Under the pieces are notes generated by a model, which was given only the letters and a program-made list of their open reading frames with translations, was not told the DNA's origin and made no database searches. This document shows, piece after piece, positions 55,617 through 64,000 of a DNA stretch of 64,000 bases. This stretch comes from Alphaproteobacteria bacterium. GTDB taxonomy: Bacteria; Pseudomonadota; Alphaproteobacteria; GCA-2746255. A program made the translations under genes and the position numbers. Where the stretch lies: the NCBI GenBank assembly GCA_965249135.1, contig OZ252220.1, positions 1,792,001 through 1,856,000 on the forward strand, written 5' to 3'. Position 1 is the first letter of the stretch. Every line of letters starts with the position of its first letter.

Positions 55617-57913
55617 GCCTTTTTCTCCACGAGCCGCATCAAGAGCGGCGGCAGGAACAGAAAATCAGCGATCAGGGCAAGGCCGATCGTGATCGCCGAA
55701 AGCAACCCGAAGGTCACGTTTACCTGGAAGGTCGACAGCGTGAGAACAAGAAATCCGAGGATAAGGATAATGGAAGTCGTCACCATCGCCTTGCCGACCG
55801 TCGAGAAGGCATAGTGGACGGCGTCTTCGGCATTCAGCTTCATTTCCCGCATGGCACGCAGGTATTTGCTTAGGAAATGGACCGAGTCATCGACGACGAT
55901 CCCAAGACAAATCGCCGCGACGATGGCGGAAGAAACGTTGATCTGGCCGACGATCGCGCCCCAAAAGCCGAAGGCGAGAAGCATCGGCACCAGGTTCGGG
56001 ATCATGCTCAACGTTCCGATCTTGACGCTTCGAAGTGCGATCACAAGCGTCAGCCCAATCAACAGGACCGCGATGGACGTCCCGAACAGCATGCTTCGGA
56101 TGTTTCGCTCCGAGATGTGGGCAAACATGATCGAGCCTCCGCTTCCCTCGGCCCACATATGTCTAGGTGTGTTTTCCCTAAGCCAGGCCTCTGATCTGGC
56201 GGCAAGACCTTTTAGATCCTCCGTGTTCATGTTTTCCGTCGTGACGACAAAGCGCGCGGCGGAGCGATCGATGTTGATCTGGTTATTTAAATCGAGCCCG
56301 AAGGGAAGCGATAGCTCGTAAAGCAACAAATATTGTGCTGCCAACTCACGGCTTGATGGAAGGCGGTACCAGTCGGAATCGTCGCCATGCATGTTCCTGT
56401 TAAGCCGCTTAAAGGTGTCCGTGATGGTATTGATGTGGATGACGCCAGGCTGTTCACGGTACCATTCGGCGAAGCGCTCGACGTTCTGCAAGTAGTCCGG
56501 TTCCGAGATGCCGCCGCTTTCGGCTGCCTTGATCGAATAGTCGATGATCGAAATGCCCGTCAGGTTGTTCATCACGAAATCCGTGTCCCGCCGGAAGGTC
56601 ATGTCCTCGTCGAAATAGCCGACCCATTCGTCGTTGAATTCGATTCGCGGGATCATGGCGCTGACGAGCACGATCAGGGCCGTCATTCCATAGAGCAGCG
56701 GTTGCCGCCGCTGGATGACGAAGCCCGCGAGTTTGTCCAGCAATTCCTTGAACCTGTCCGCCTTCGTGGGTGCGCGAACCGGAAGCGAAGCGACAAGCGC
56801 CGGCAGGAACAGGATGGAATAGAAGAAGGCCGCCACGACCCCCATCGCCGTGATGTTGCCCAGGTCCTGGAAGGGAGGCGCGTCGCTGAAATTCATGCTC
56901 AGGAAACCGATGACGGTCGTGAGGCTGGTAAGGAAAACCGGCTGCATGTTGATGCGCATGCTTTCGATCAGCGCGTCGTTGCGCGCCATGCCTCGGCGCA
57001 TCGCGTTGAACATCGAGATCAGGATGTGCACGCTGTCGGCGATCGCCAGCGTCATGATCACGGTGGGGGCTCCCACCGATGACGGAGTCAGCATGATTCC
57101 GATCCAACCTGCGATTCCCATCGCGGTGACCGCGGAAAGGAGAATGATGCCGATCGTTCCGATCACGCCGGCGAACGAGCGCAGCATAACGACCATCATG
57201 ACCAGCAAGATGCCGTACATGAGAGGCGTGAGATTCTCCATGTCCGCGATGCTGGCCTCCGCGAAGGCGGCGTTCAGCATGACGAGCCCGGTGATGTAGA
57301 TATCGACGTTCGGATGGGCCTTGCGGACCTTGTCAGCAAGTTCTCGTGTGAAGGCGACCGTTTCTTCTTCCGCCTTTGGGTCTCGTCGCTTCAAATAAAC
57401 GGTCACATTGATGCCGGTGACGTGCCCCTCCGTCGAGACGAGCCGGCGAACGAGCAGCGGCTCGGCAAGGGCGATCTTGCGGATTTCCTCGAGTGCGGCC
57501 GGCGTCAGATCCTTCGATTCCGGCACCAGGTCGGCGACGATCAGGTCGTCCCCTTCGGCCCGCGTGTGCTGATAGTTCGTCAGCGAATCGACGCGCGTCG
57601 AATAAGGAGTCTTCCACGCTTCTTCCGTCAGCTCCCGAACCGCCGCCAACGCTTCCGCTGTGAAAACGTTGCCGTCCTTCGGCGCGACCACGAAAAGAAC
57701 ATTGTCGTTGCGGCTATAGATATCCTGTAAGGCCTCGAAGGCCTGTAACTGCGGATTGTCCTCGCCGAAATAGACGCGATAGTCTTTTTCGAATTGCAGG
57801 CGTCCCATGCCCATCCCGACAAGCCCCGCCACGAGAAGGCAAGCAAGCAGGATGAGAAACCGATAGCGGATTACCCCGCGGGTGTAGCGAACAACTGGCG
57901 TGTCCATCGTCAC
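55613..57913 (-). CDS. MMPL/RND family transporter
   Basis: Two repeats with LAIADSVH and GIVVDDSVH; many TM segments. Confidence 0.88.
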   Translation of the reverse strand: MTMDTPVVRYTRGVIRYRFLILLACLLVAGLVGMGMGRLQFEKDYRVYFGEDNPQLQAFEALQDIYSRNDNVLFVVAPKDGNVFTAEALAAVRELTEEAWKTPYSTRVDSLTNYQHTRAEGDDLIVADLVPESKDLTPAALEEIRKIALAEPLLVRRLVSTEGHVTGINVTVYLKRRDPKAEEETVAFTRELADKVRKAHPNVDIYITGLVMLNAAFAEASIADMENLTPLMYGILLVMMVVMLRSFAGVIGTIGIILLSAVTAMGIAGWIGIMLTPSSVGAPTVIMTLAIADSVHILISMFNAMRRGMARNDALIESMRINMQPVFLTSLTTVIGFLSMNFSDAPPFQDLGNITAMGVVAAFFYSILFLPALVASLPVRAPTKADRFKELLDKLAGFVIQRRQPLLYGMTALIVLVSAMIPRIEFNDEWVGYFDEDMTFRRDTDFVMNNLTGISIIDYSIKAAESGGISEPDYLQNVERFAEWYREQPGVIHINTITDTFKRLNRNMHGDDSDWYRLPSSRELAAQYLLLYELSLPFGLDLNNQINIDRSAARFVVTTENMNTEDLKGLAARSEAWLRENTPRHMWAEGSGGSIMFAHISERNIRSMLFGTSIAVLLIGLTLVIALRSVKIGTLSMIPNLVPMLLAFGFWGAIVGQINVSSAIVAAICLGIVVDDSVHFLSKYLRAMREMKLNAEDAVHYAFSTVGKAMVTTSIILILGFLVLTLSTFQVNVTFGLLSAITIGLALIADFLFLPPLLMRLVEKKA

Positions 57914-57962
57914 CGATCAGCCCTTCGATGGATTACGCTTCGACGGTAGGGAAAACTGAGGA

Positions 57963-59414
57963 TCAAGCAGCGGACCCGCCGGTTTGAAACAGCCGTCGCC
58001 GGCGGGATGGGACATGAATTTTCTGAGGTAGATGAATCCGAAAGACGGTCCCTTTCTCGGAGGTTTTGACGAGCGAAAGTTCCCCTCCATGGGCCTCCAG
58101 GAGATCACGGGAGATCGCAAGCCCAAGCCCGGTGCCGCCAGAGCGTGCCGAACCGGCAAAGGGTTGGAAAAGCTGGTTTCGTATCTTCATCGGGATGCCG
58201 GGGCCGTCGTCTGCAACGTCGATGGCAACGTTTTTCTTGGTAATGGTTGCCGCAATCGTCAACCAATGGGCGCCGGCTTCCACCGCGTTGCGGGCAAGAT
58301 TCGTGAGCACCCGGTAAAACTGGTCGCGATCAACCTCGAGGATGAAATCGGCTGGAACACGATTATCGATGGCGAAAACACGCGCTTCCTTCTCGGCGAA
58401 GATGAGACCGCCGCCAACCTCGTCGACGAGATGGCGAAGGGACACCTGCGAGATTTGCAGCGTCGGTGGTCCTTCATTCGCGAAAACGAGCGTTTGCGTG
58501 CAAAGCTTTACGGCGCGGTCGATCGCATCCAAAAGCCGCGGAGCAACCCGTTTCACCTCGGGATCGTTACTGAGGGAAAGGCGGTCGGAAACAAGAGAAG
58601 CCGTGGATAGGATATTGCGAAGGTCGTGATGAATTTTTGCGACCCCTTCACCAAGAGCGGCAAGGCGCGTCTTCTGGGTCAATGCCGCGCGCAACTCTTC
58701 CTGCATGCGGGAGAGTTCCCGTTGGGCGATGCCGATCTCGTCTTTTCGGTTGCCCAGAAGAATACGGCGCGTTGCATCTTCCGGCGATTCCCGAAAGGCT
58801 ACCATGCTGGCAGTGATCCGTCGCATCGGCTGAACGAGAAGCCGATGAAGCGCAATGTAGACGAGGCTGGCAGTAATCAAAGAAATGAAGATGGAAAGGG
58901 CAAGGACACGCCTGGCGAATTCGTACATCGCCTCGCTCAGGGGTTGTTCATCCATGACGATACGCACGGTGGACTCCGGTGCCGTCGTCGGCATCCCGGT
59001 TACCTGCATGACGCGATTGATCTTCTGCGACATCGTATTAACCGCGTCCCGAATATGGGTGAAGAAGTTCCCTTCTCTGAGATCGAAGCTTATTTCGATC
59101 GGCGTCGGCATGGTGCGCCGAAGCATGTAGGTTGCCGACTCTTCACGGAAGGTGGCCGCGTCGTCGACGCGGGCGTTGTCGAGAAGTTTTTCTTCCAGTG
59201 CGGGACTGACCTCGAGCGTCGGCGTCGCCTCTAGGGCGAGCGTTGCAACGTGGGCCGCGTTGATATGTTCCTGAAGGGTGGAGATGCGGAAACGGGCGAT
59301 GGAGGGGAAGAAGATCAGGAACTCGCTTACCATCACGAAGATGATCGTGAGCACGAGCAGTCGGGCCGAAAGACTGGTCGCGAATCCAGGTAGATGGAGG
59401 CTTCGCCAAGTCAT
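57963..59414 (-). CDS. HAMP-domain sensor histidine kinase
   Basis: Two TM segments, DEIG, HHDLRN H-box, NLARNA, DDGPG, GGTGLGL. Confidence 0.92.
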   Translation of the reverse strand: MTWRSLHLPGFATSLSARLLVLTIIFVMVSEFLIFFPSIARFRISTLQEHINAAHVATLALEATPTLEVSPALEEKLLDNARVDDAATFREESATYMLRRTMPTPIEISFDLREGNFFTHIRDAVNTMSQKINRVMQVTGMPTTAPESTVRIVMDEQPLSEAMYEFARRVLALSIFISLITASLVYIALHRLLVQPMRRITASMVAFRESPEDATRRILLGNRKDEIGIAQRELSRMQEELRAALTQKTRLAALGEGVAKIHHDLRNILSTASLVSDRLSLSNDPEVKRVAPRLLDAIDRAVKLCTQTLVFANEGPPTLQISQVSLRHLVDEVGGGLIFAEKEARVFAIDNRVPADFILEVDRDQFYRVLTNLARNAVEAGAHWLTIAATITKKNVAIDVADDGPGIPMKIRNQLFQPFAGSARSGGTGLGLAISRDLLEAHGGELSLVKTSEKGTVFRIHLPQKIHVPSRRRRLFQTGGSAA

Positions 59415-59487
59415 GGGCTCTATTCTACTCCGGCCGGCCTCTCCGTGACATGGGGGGTAAGCGTTTGCTCGTCAAGGCAAGGATTCT

Positions 59488-60915
59488 CTAGCCAAAACGG
59501 GCCAGGAACTTGACCAGTTTCTGGGTGCGCTCTCCGAAGAGGGCCGGCGTATAGTAGCTGCTGGCGGCACGCTTGCTCACCTCGCCCAGGGTAGGATAGG
59601 GGGCGATCACATTGGCCATCGCCCCGATTTTAAGCCCGTTCGAAATCGCCAGCACCCAAGGCTGGATCAACTCGCCTGCTCTTGGGCCCAGGATATCGGC
59701 GCCTAAGATACGCCCCTTCTTATCCGTCACGACCTTCACAAGTCCTTCCGTGATCCGCTCGGCCAGGGCACGGTCGTTTTCTGCAAAGGGCCAGCGCAAA
59801 ACCCGAATCGTACAACCGGCGTTCTTTGCCTCGCGCTCGCTGAGGCCTACATGGGCAAGTTCGGGCGCCGTATAGGTAACCCAGGGTACGTTCGCCGTGT
59901 CGGCCTTTGCCGGTAACCGGAAGAGAAGGTTTCGAATGGCAATACCGGCGTGGTAGCTCGCCACGTGGGTGAATTGCGGGCCGCCCGCGATGTCGCCGAT
60001 CGCATAGACCCGTCGGTTCGTCGTCGATTGCAATCGCCCGTTTACCGTGATTCCCTTCGGTGTGAAGGCAACCCCGCCTGCCTCGAGCCCAAGTCCATCG
60101 ACATTTGCCTTCCGTCCGGCGGCGATCAGAAGGTGGGAGCCTTCGATCCGTTCTTCGCCGGCATCGCCCTTCAACACGGCGACGACCTTGCCGCCGTTTT
60201 TCTCGAGACGGGCGATGCGGATACCTTCGCGAATCGCGAGGCCGTCCTGGCGCAAACGGTTGCGAAGGATCTCGACAAGTTCGGGGTCGTCCCGCGGCAG
60301 AATGCTTGCGATTTCCAGCACGGTGACGCGGGCACCCAGCAGGCGATGGGCGTGGGCCAGCTCGATCCCAATCGGGCCCCCGCCGATCACAAGGAGGTGT
60401 TCGGGCAATTCGGTGTTGTCAAAGATCGTTTCGTTCGTGAAGTAGGGGACCGCCTCGACGCCCGGGATCGGTGGCACGGCGGCGGAGGATCCGGCGGCAA
60501 TGACGAAACGCCGCGCACGAATACGCGTGCCTCCCGCCTCGACTTCCCGCCGATTGACGAAGCAGGCCGTCTCCTGGATGACCTTCACCCCGAGACCTTC
60601 GTAACGCGCGACCGAATCATTGGGTGCGATGGCCGCGATCACCTGCTTGACGTGCCGTTGCACGGCCGGAAAATCGACCCTTGGCGCATCCGCTTGGATA
60701 CCGAAGACGTGGGCATTGCGGATCTCTTCCGCGGCGTGGGCGGCAGCGAGCAAGGATTTTGAAGGCACGCAGCCGGTGTTCAAACAATCGCCGCCCATTT
60801 CGCCACGTTCGATAAGCACGGTTTCCGCGCCCATCTGCGAGGCGCCGGCGGCGACGGAGAGCCCGCCGGAGCCTGCACCGATGATGCAAAGATCAGGAGT
60901 GAGGAAGTTCGCCAT
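59488..60915 (-). CDS. FAD-dependent pyridine nucleotide-disulfide oxidoreductase (LpdA/MerA-like)
   Basis: IGAGSGG, GGDCLNTGCVPSK, GGGPIG; C-terminal YPTLGE. Confidence 0.9.
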   Translation of the reverse strand: MANFLTPDLCIIGAGSGGLSVAAGASQMGAETVLIERGEMGGDCLNTGCVPSKSLLAAAHAAEEIRNAHVFGIQADAPRVDFPAVQRHVKQVIAAIAPNDSVARYEGLGVKVIQETACFVNRREVEAGGTRIRARRFVIAAGSSAAVPPIPGVEAVPYFTNETIFDNTELPEHLLVIGGGPIGIELAHAHRLLGARVTVLEIASILPRDDPELVEILRNRLRQDGLAIREGIRIARLEKNGGKVVAVLKGDAGEERIEGSHLLIAAGRKANVDGLGLEAGGVAFTPKGITVNGRLQSTTNRRVYAIGDIAGGPQFTHVASYHAGIAIRNLLFRLPAKADTANVPWVTYTAPELAHVGLSEREAKNAGCTIRVLRWPFAENDRALAERITEGLVKVVTDKKGRILGADILGPRAGELIQPWVLAISNGLKIGAMANVIAPYPTLGEVSKRAASSYYTPALFGERTQKLVKFLARFG

Positions 60916-60943
60916 AGGAATTTACCGTTTTCGAAGGAGGGTG

Positions 60944-61678
60944 TTAGCGGCCTTTCATCTTCTTGTAGGCGATCGGCAGAAGCGCCAGAAGAGCAAGGCC
61001 GACGATCGGGATCAGGATCGCCGGCTCGAAGATGATACAAAGGTCCGGCGTCTCCCCGCGATCGAAGATTGCCCCTAGGCCATTTCCGATGCTCGTATAG
61101 ACAAACGTTCCCGGGACGATGCCGATGAAGGTAGCAATCACGTATGTGCGTAGTGTGACCCCAAGAAGGGCCGGCGCAAGGTTAACGAGCCAGAACGGAA
61201 AGATCGGAACAAGGCGTAGAACGAGAAGGTAGTTGAAGGCGTTTTCCTGAAATCCGGCTTCCATCTTTTGGATGATTTTTCCCGCCTTCTTGCGCAACAC
61301 GTCGCCGACGGCGAGTCGTGCAGCGAGGAAGAGGCCGGTTGCCCCAAACGTGGCGCCAACCACCGTCGACAGCGTGCCAGTCGTCAATCCGAACAGGAAC
61401 CCGCCGGTGATTGTGAGCACGGCCCCACCCGGAATCGAAAAGGCGACCACCACCGCATAGCCGACGATGAAGATCAGGATCGCCAAAGCCAAATTGTGCC
61501 CGACGAAGTCGAGGAGCTCGATCCGATTTGCCTTCAGAGTCTCGAAGGTGACGTATTCATGAAGGCCAAGGGCAAAGAAGGCGATGAGCCCCGCCGCGAG
61601 GACCGCGATCGGGAGGTAGCGCCATGGAAGGCCTTGTCTAGCCTCTCCATCCCTATCGGGATCGGTTTGGTCGGTCAT
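60944..61678 (-). CDS. TVP38/TMEM64 (VTT/DedA) family membrane protein
   Basis: PGGAVLTITGGFLFG, LRLVPIFPFWLVN, ATFIGIVPG. Confidence 0.9.
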   Translation of the reverse strand: MTDQTDPDRDGEARQGLPWRYLPIAVLAAGLIAFFALGLHEYVTFETLKANRIELLDFVGHNLALAILIFIVGYAVVVAFSIPGGAVLTITGGFLFGLTTGTLSTVVGATFGATGLFLAARLAVGDVLRKKAGKIIQKMEAGFQENAFNYLLVLRLVPIFPFWLVNLAPALLGVTLRTYVIATFIGIVPGTFVYTSIGNGLGAIFDRGETPDLCIIFEPAILIPIVGLALLALLPIAYKKMKGR

Positions 61679-61797
61679 TTGGCCCCTCCGTCACAGGCGT
61701 CCAATCGGGTGTAGCGGGCTCTAAGAGTTGTGGCAAGTCAAGACGTTATCAAAAGGACGTGAGGAGGCGTCCCAGGCGTGGAACGATCCTGGTGACA

Positions 61798-61826
61798 TTG
61801 ACTTGCCCCCCTCTAGCCCTTATACA
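61798..61826 (+). promoter_or_regulatory. Probable sigma70 promoter of the rpmH operon
   Basis: TTGACT (61798-61803), 17 nt, TATACA (61821-61826), about 40 bp upstream of rpmH. Confidence 0.6.
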
Positions 61827-61868
61827 GCGGGCCCTGTAAGGACCAAGCCGCCGAACGGAGCACCACCT

Positions 61869-62003
61869 GTGAAACGCACCTATCAACCAAGCGTTCTTAT
61901 TCGCAAACGACGCCACGGTTTCCGTAGCCGAATGGCAACGGTTGGTGGGCGGCGCGTGCTGGCCAGACGTCGCGCGAAGGGCCGCAAGCGATTGTCGGCT
62001 TAA
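61869..62003 (+). CDS. rpmH: 50S ribosomal protein L34
   Basis: GTG start; [23 protein letters not shown]...KGRKRLSA; GGAG RBS. Confidence 0.97.
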   Translation: MKRTYQPSVLIRKRRHGFRSRMATVGGRRVLARRRAKGRKRLSA

Positions 62004-62411
62004 ATGACGCGGATGTCGGTCGGGCGCCTGCAGCACCGGGCCGATTTTCTTCGGGTCGCCGGCCGAGGTCGCAAGTGGGTTACTCCAGGATTAATTCTTC
62101 AGGTAGCACCCACGACCCCGAATGCTAACGGGGCTGAAGAAAAACACTTGCGAATCGGCTTCACGGTGAGCCGACGCGTCGGTAACGCAGTCGAACGAAA
62201 CCGGGTGCGCCGCCGTCTAAGGGCCGTCGTGCGAGAGGTGTTGGTGGCCCATGGAAAAGAAGGTTGCGACTACGTCGTCATCGGGCGACGCACATCGCTT
62301 ACCCGCCCTTATGGCGAACTTGTTCACGATTTGGAAACCGCACTCGCAGAGCTGGATTCCCTTATTGAGTTTTCGAGAACGAATGGATCCGGTGTTGGGA
62401 AGCCGCAATGA
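62004..62411 (+). CDS. rnpA: Ribonuclease P protein component
   Basis: [24 protein letters not shown]. Confidence 0.96.
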   Translation: MTRMSVGRLQHRADFLRVAGRGRKWVTPGLILQVAPTTPNANGAEEKHLRIGFTVSRRVGNAVERNRVRRRLRAVVREVLVAHGKEGCDYVVIGRRTSLTRPYGELVHDLETALAELDSLIEFSRTNGSGVGKPQ

Positions 62412-62677
62412 AAACGATGGGTGAACTTTTGCGTGCGGTAATCTGGCTTTACCGGTGGACGCTTTCTCCGCTGCTGCCGCCAAGTTGCCGCTACTTGCCG
62501 ACTTGTTCGGAATATGCAGGCGAGGCGATCGCACGCTTTGGCCCGTGGCGGGGCGGCTGGCTCGCACTCAAACGTCTCGGGCGGTGCCACCCTTGGGGAG
62601 GTAGTGGCTACGACCCCGTTTTGGAGCCGACCGAAAAAGAGGCTCCAGCCAGACAGGTTTCAAATCCTTCAAGTTAA
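62408..62677 (+). CDS. yidD: Membrane protein insertion efficiency factor YidD
   Basis: [23 protein letters not shown]. Confidence 0.95.
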   Translation: MKTMGELLRAVIWLYRWTLSPLLPPSCRYLPTCSEYAGEAIARFGPWRGGWLALKRLGRCHPWGGSGYDPVLEPTEKEAPARQVSNPSS

Positions 62678-62682
62678 GGCAT

Positions 62683-64000
62683 ATGGAACAACGCAATCTC
62701 ATCCTTGCCGTCGTCCTTTCGCTTGGCGTTCTCTTAAGCTTCCAGGCGTTCTACGACTATCACTACCCGCAGCCCACCGGGACGGTGGAAGGCGAAGCCA
62801 TGGCGGTCCCGGAAACGCCGACGGCGCTGACCGAGGCAAGCGATATCCCACAGCCTCAGAAGGCACAGCCTCAGAAGGAAGGTTCCGCAGAAATCGCCGA
62901 GGCAAGCGAGCAAGACCGGGCAACGGCCCTTTTCAAGGACGTTCGGATCGCCATCGATTCGTCCCGCCTCGACGGCTCCCTTCGCCTGAAGGGTGGACGG
63001 ATCGATGACATCAACCTCAAGGCCTATCGCGAGACGACGGACCCATCGAGCCCGGAAATCACCGTTTTCCATCCTTTGGGAACGGCGCATCCCTACTACG
63101 CCCAGTTCGGCTGGGTGGCGGCGGATGGGGGCGTGTCCTTGCCGGACGCCGACACCCTATGGCAGACGGCTGATACGGTTTTAACCTCGGAACGAGCGGT
63201 GACGCTTACCTGGCAGAACGGCCAAGGCCTCGAATTCACCCGCCGGATTGCACTGGACGATGCCTACCTCTTCACCGTCAAGGACAGCGTGAAGAACCTA
63301 AGCGGGAGTGAGCTTATGCTTCACGCTTACGGTCTCGTCTCCCGTACCGGCACGCCTGAGACCCTGGGCTTCTTCATCCTCCATGAGGGCCTTCTCGGGG
63401 TCTTCGACGAGACCCTTGAGGAATTGGATTACGACGATCTTGAGGATCAGAAGCCGATCAAAACGAACAGCCAAGGGGGGTGGATCGGAATCACCGACAA
63501 ATTCTGGCTCGCCGCCCTGATTCCCGATCAGGCCGCCGCGAACCACTATAACTTTAGGCGTCGGACCGTGTCCGGGCAGAGCAAGTACCAGGTCGATTTT
63601 CTGGGGCCCGGCCTAGTGCTTCCGCCAAGCGGCGAGCTTGAGACGGTCAATCACCTCTTTGTAGGCGCCAAAGAAGTCCGGTTGCTTGATGCTTACGCAA
63701 ACGATCTCAATATCCCACTCTTCGATCGTGCCGTCGATTTCGGTTGGTTCTACTTCCTGACAAAACCGATTTTCTATCTGCTCGACTATTTGAATACGCT
63801 CCTGGGAAATTTTGGGCTCGCCATCCTCGTGATGACGGTCATGATCAAGATCGTTTTCTTTCCGCTTGCCAACAAATCCTATCGTTCGATGAGCAAGATG
63901 AAGTTGCTCCAACCGAAAGTCATTGAGTTGCGTGAGCGTCTGAAGGAAGACAAACCGCGGATGAACCAGGAGCTCATGACGCTTTACAAGACGGAGAAAG
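62683..64000 (+). CDS. yidC: Membrane protein insertase YidC (3' truncated by window end)
   Basis: Manual translation: MEQRNLILAVVLS..., ILHEG, GWIGITDKFW, VDFGWFYFLTKP, SYRSMSKMKLLQPK. Confidence 0.95.
   Translation, partial: MEQRNLILAVVLSLGVLLSFQAFYDYHYPQPTGTVEGEAMAVPETPTALTEASDIPQPQKAQPQKEGSAEIAEASEQDRATALFKDVRIAIDSSRLDGSLRLKGGRIDDINLKAYRETTDPSSPEITVFHPLGTAHPYYAQFGWVAADGGVSLPDADTLWQTADTVLTSERAVTLTWQNGQGLEFTRRIALDDAYLFTVKDSVKNLSGSELMLHAYGLVSRTGTPETLGFFILHEGLLGVFDETLEELDYDDLEDQKPIKTNSQGGWIGITDKFWLAALIPDQAAANHYNFRRRTVSGQSKYQVDFLGPGLVLPPSGELETVNHLFVGAKEVRLLDAYANDLNIPLFDRAVDFGWFYFLTKPIFYLLDYLNTLLGNFGLAILVMTVMIKIVFFPLANKSYRSMSKMKLLQPKVIELRERLKEDKPRMNQELMTLYKTEK

Noticed and set aside
59488-60915. 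Mercuric reductase merA
   Set aside because: No C-terminal CC pair, no N-terminal HMA domain and no mer genes; the TVP38 pairing is a common arrangement
61680-61868. oriC next to rpmH, and the 91-aa extended rpmH ORF
   Set aside because: No dnaA or DnaA-box cluster seen; L34 starts at GTG 61869 after an RBS

Overview
GC-rich, probably alphaproteobacterial chromosome (ccm-acnA and rpmH-rnpA-yidD-yidC context) in two parts. (1) Bases 1-45276 are the downstream part of a very large, almost entirely + strand surface-glycan biosynthesis and tailoring locus of about 40 genes, which starts upstream of the window. It encodes three NeuB-type nonulosonic acid synthases and four cytidylyltransferase domains, two of them in fusions. 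It also has GT2/GT4/GT8-like and three unassigned GT-B-like proteins and an ABC-type flippase. Its tailoring set is unusually rich: a Rieske-less CMAH-like metallo-beta-lactamase-fold protein, a carbamoyltransferase, a radical SAM enzyme, three 2OG-Fe(II) oxygenases, four methyltransferases, AAC(3)-family, NeuD-like and LpxD-like acyltransferases, WbqC, DUF4910, a PIG-L deacetylase, a sulfotransferase, AsnB, an FMN alpha-hydroxy acid oxidase and an AroB-like cyclase cassette. The MBOAT O-acyltransferase is frameshifted by a 4-bp duplication and is followed by a short tandem repeat. (2) Bases 45398-64000 are housekeeping: ccmABCDEFGHI, acnA, an MMPL plus LolA-like pair, a sensor kinase, a flavoprotein disulfide reductase plus TVP38 protein, and rpmH-rnpA-yidD-yidC (partial). 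I saw no rRNA, tRNA, CRISPR array, transposase or integrase. All family calls come from motif recognition by eye, not database searches.
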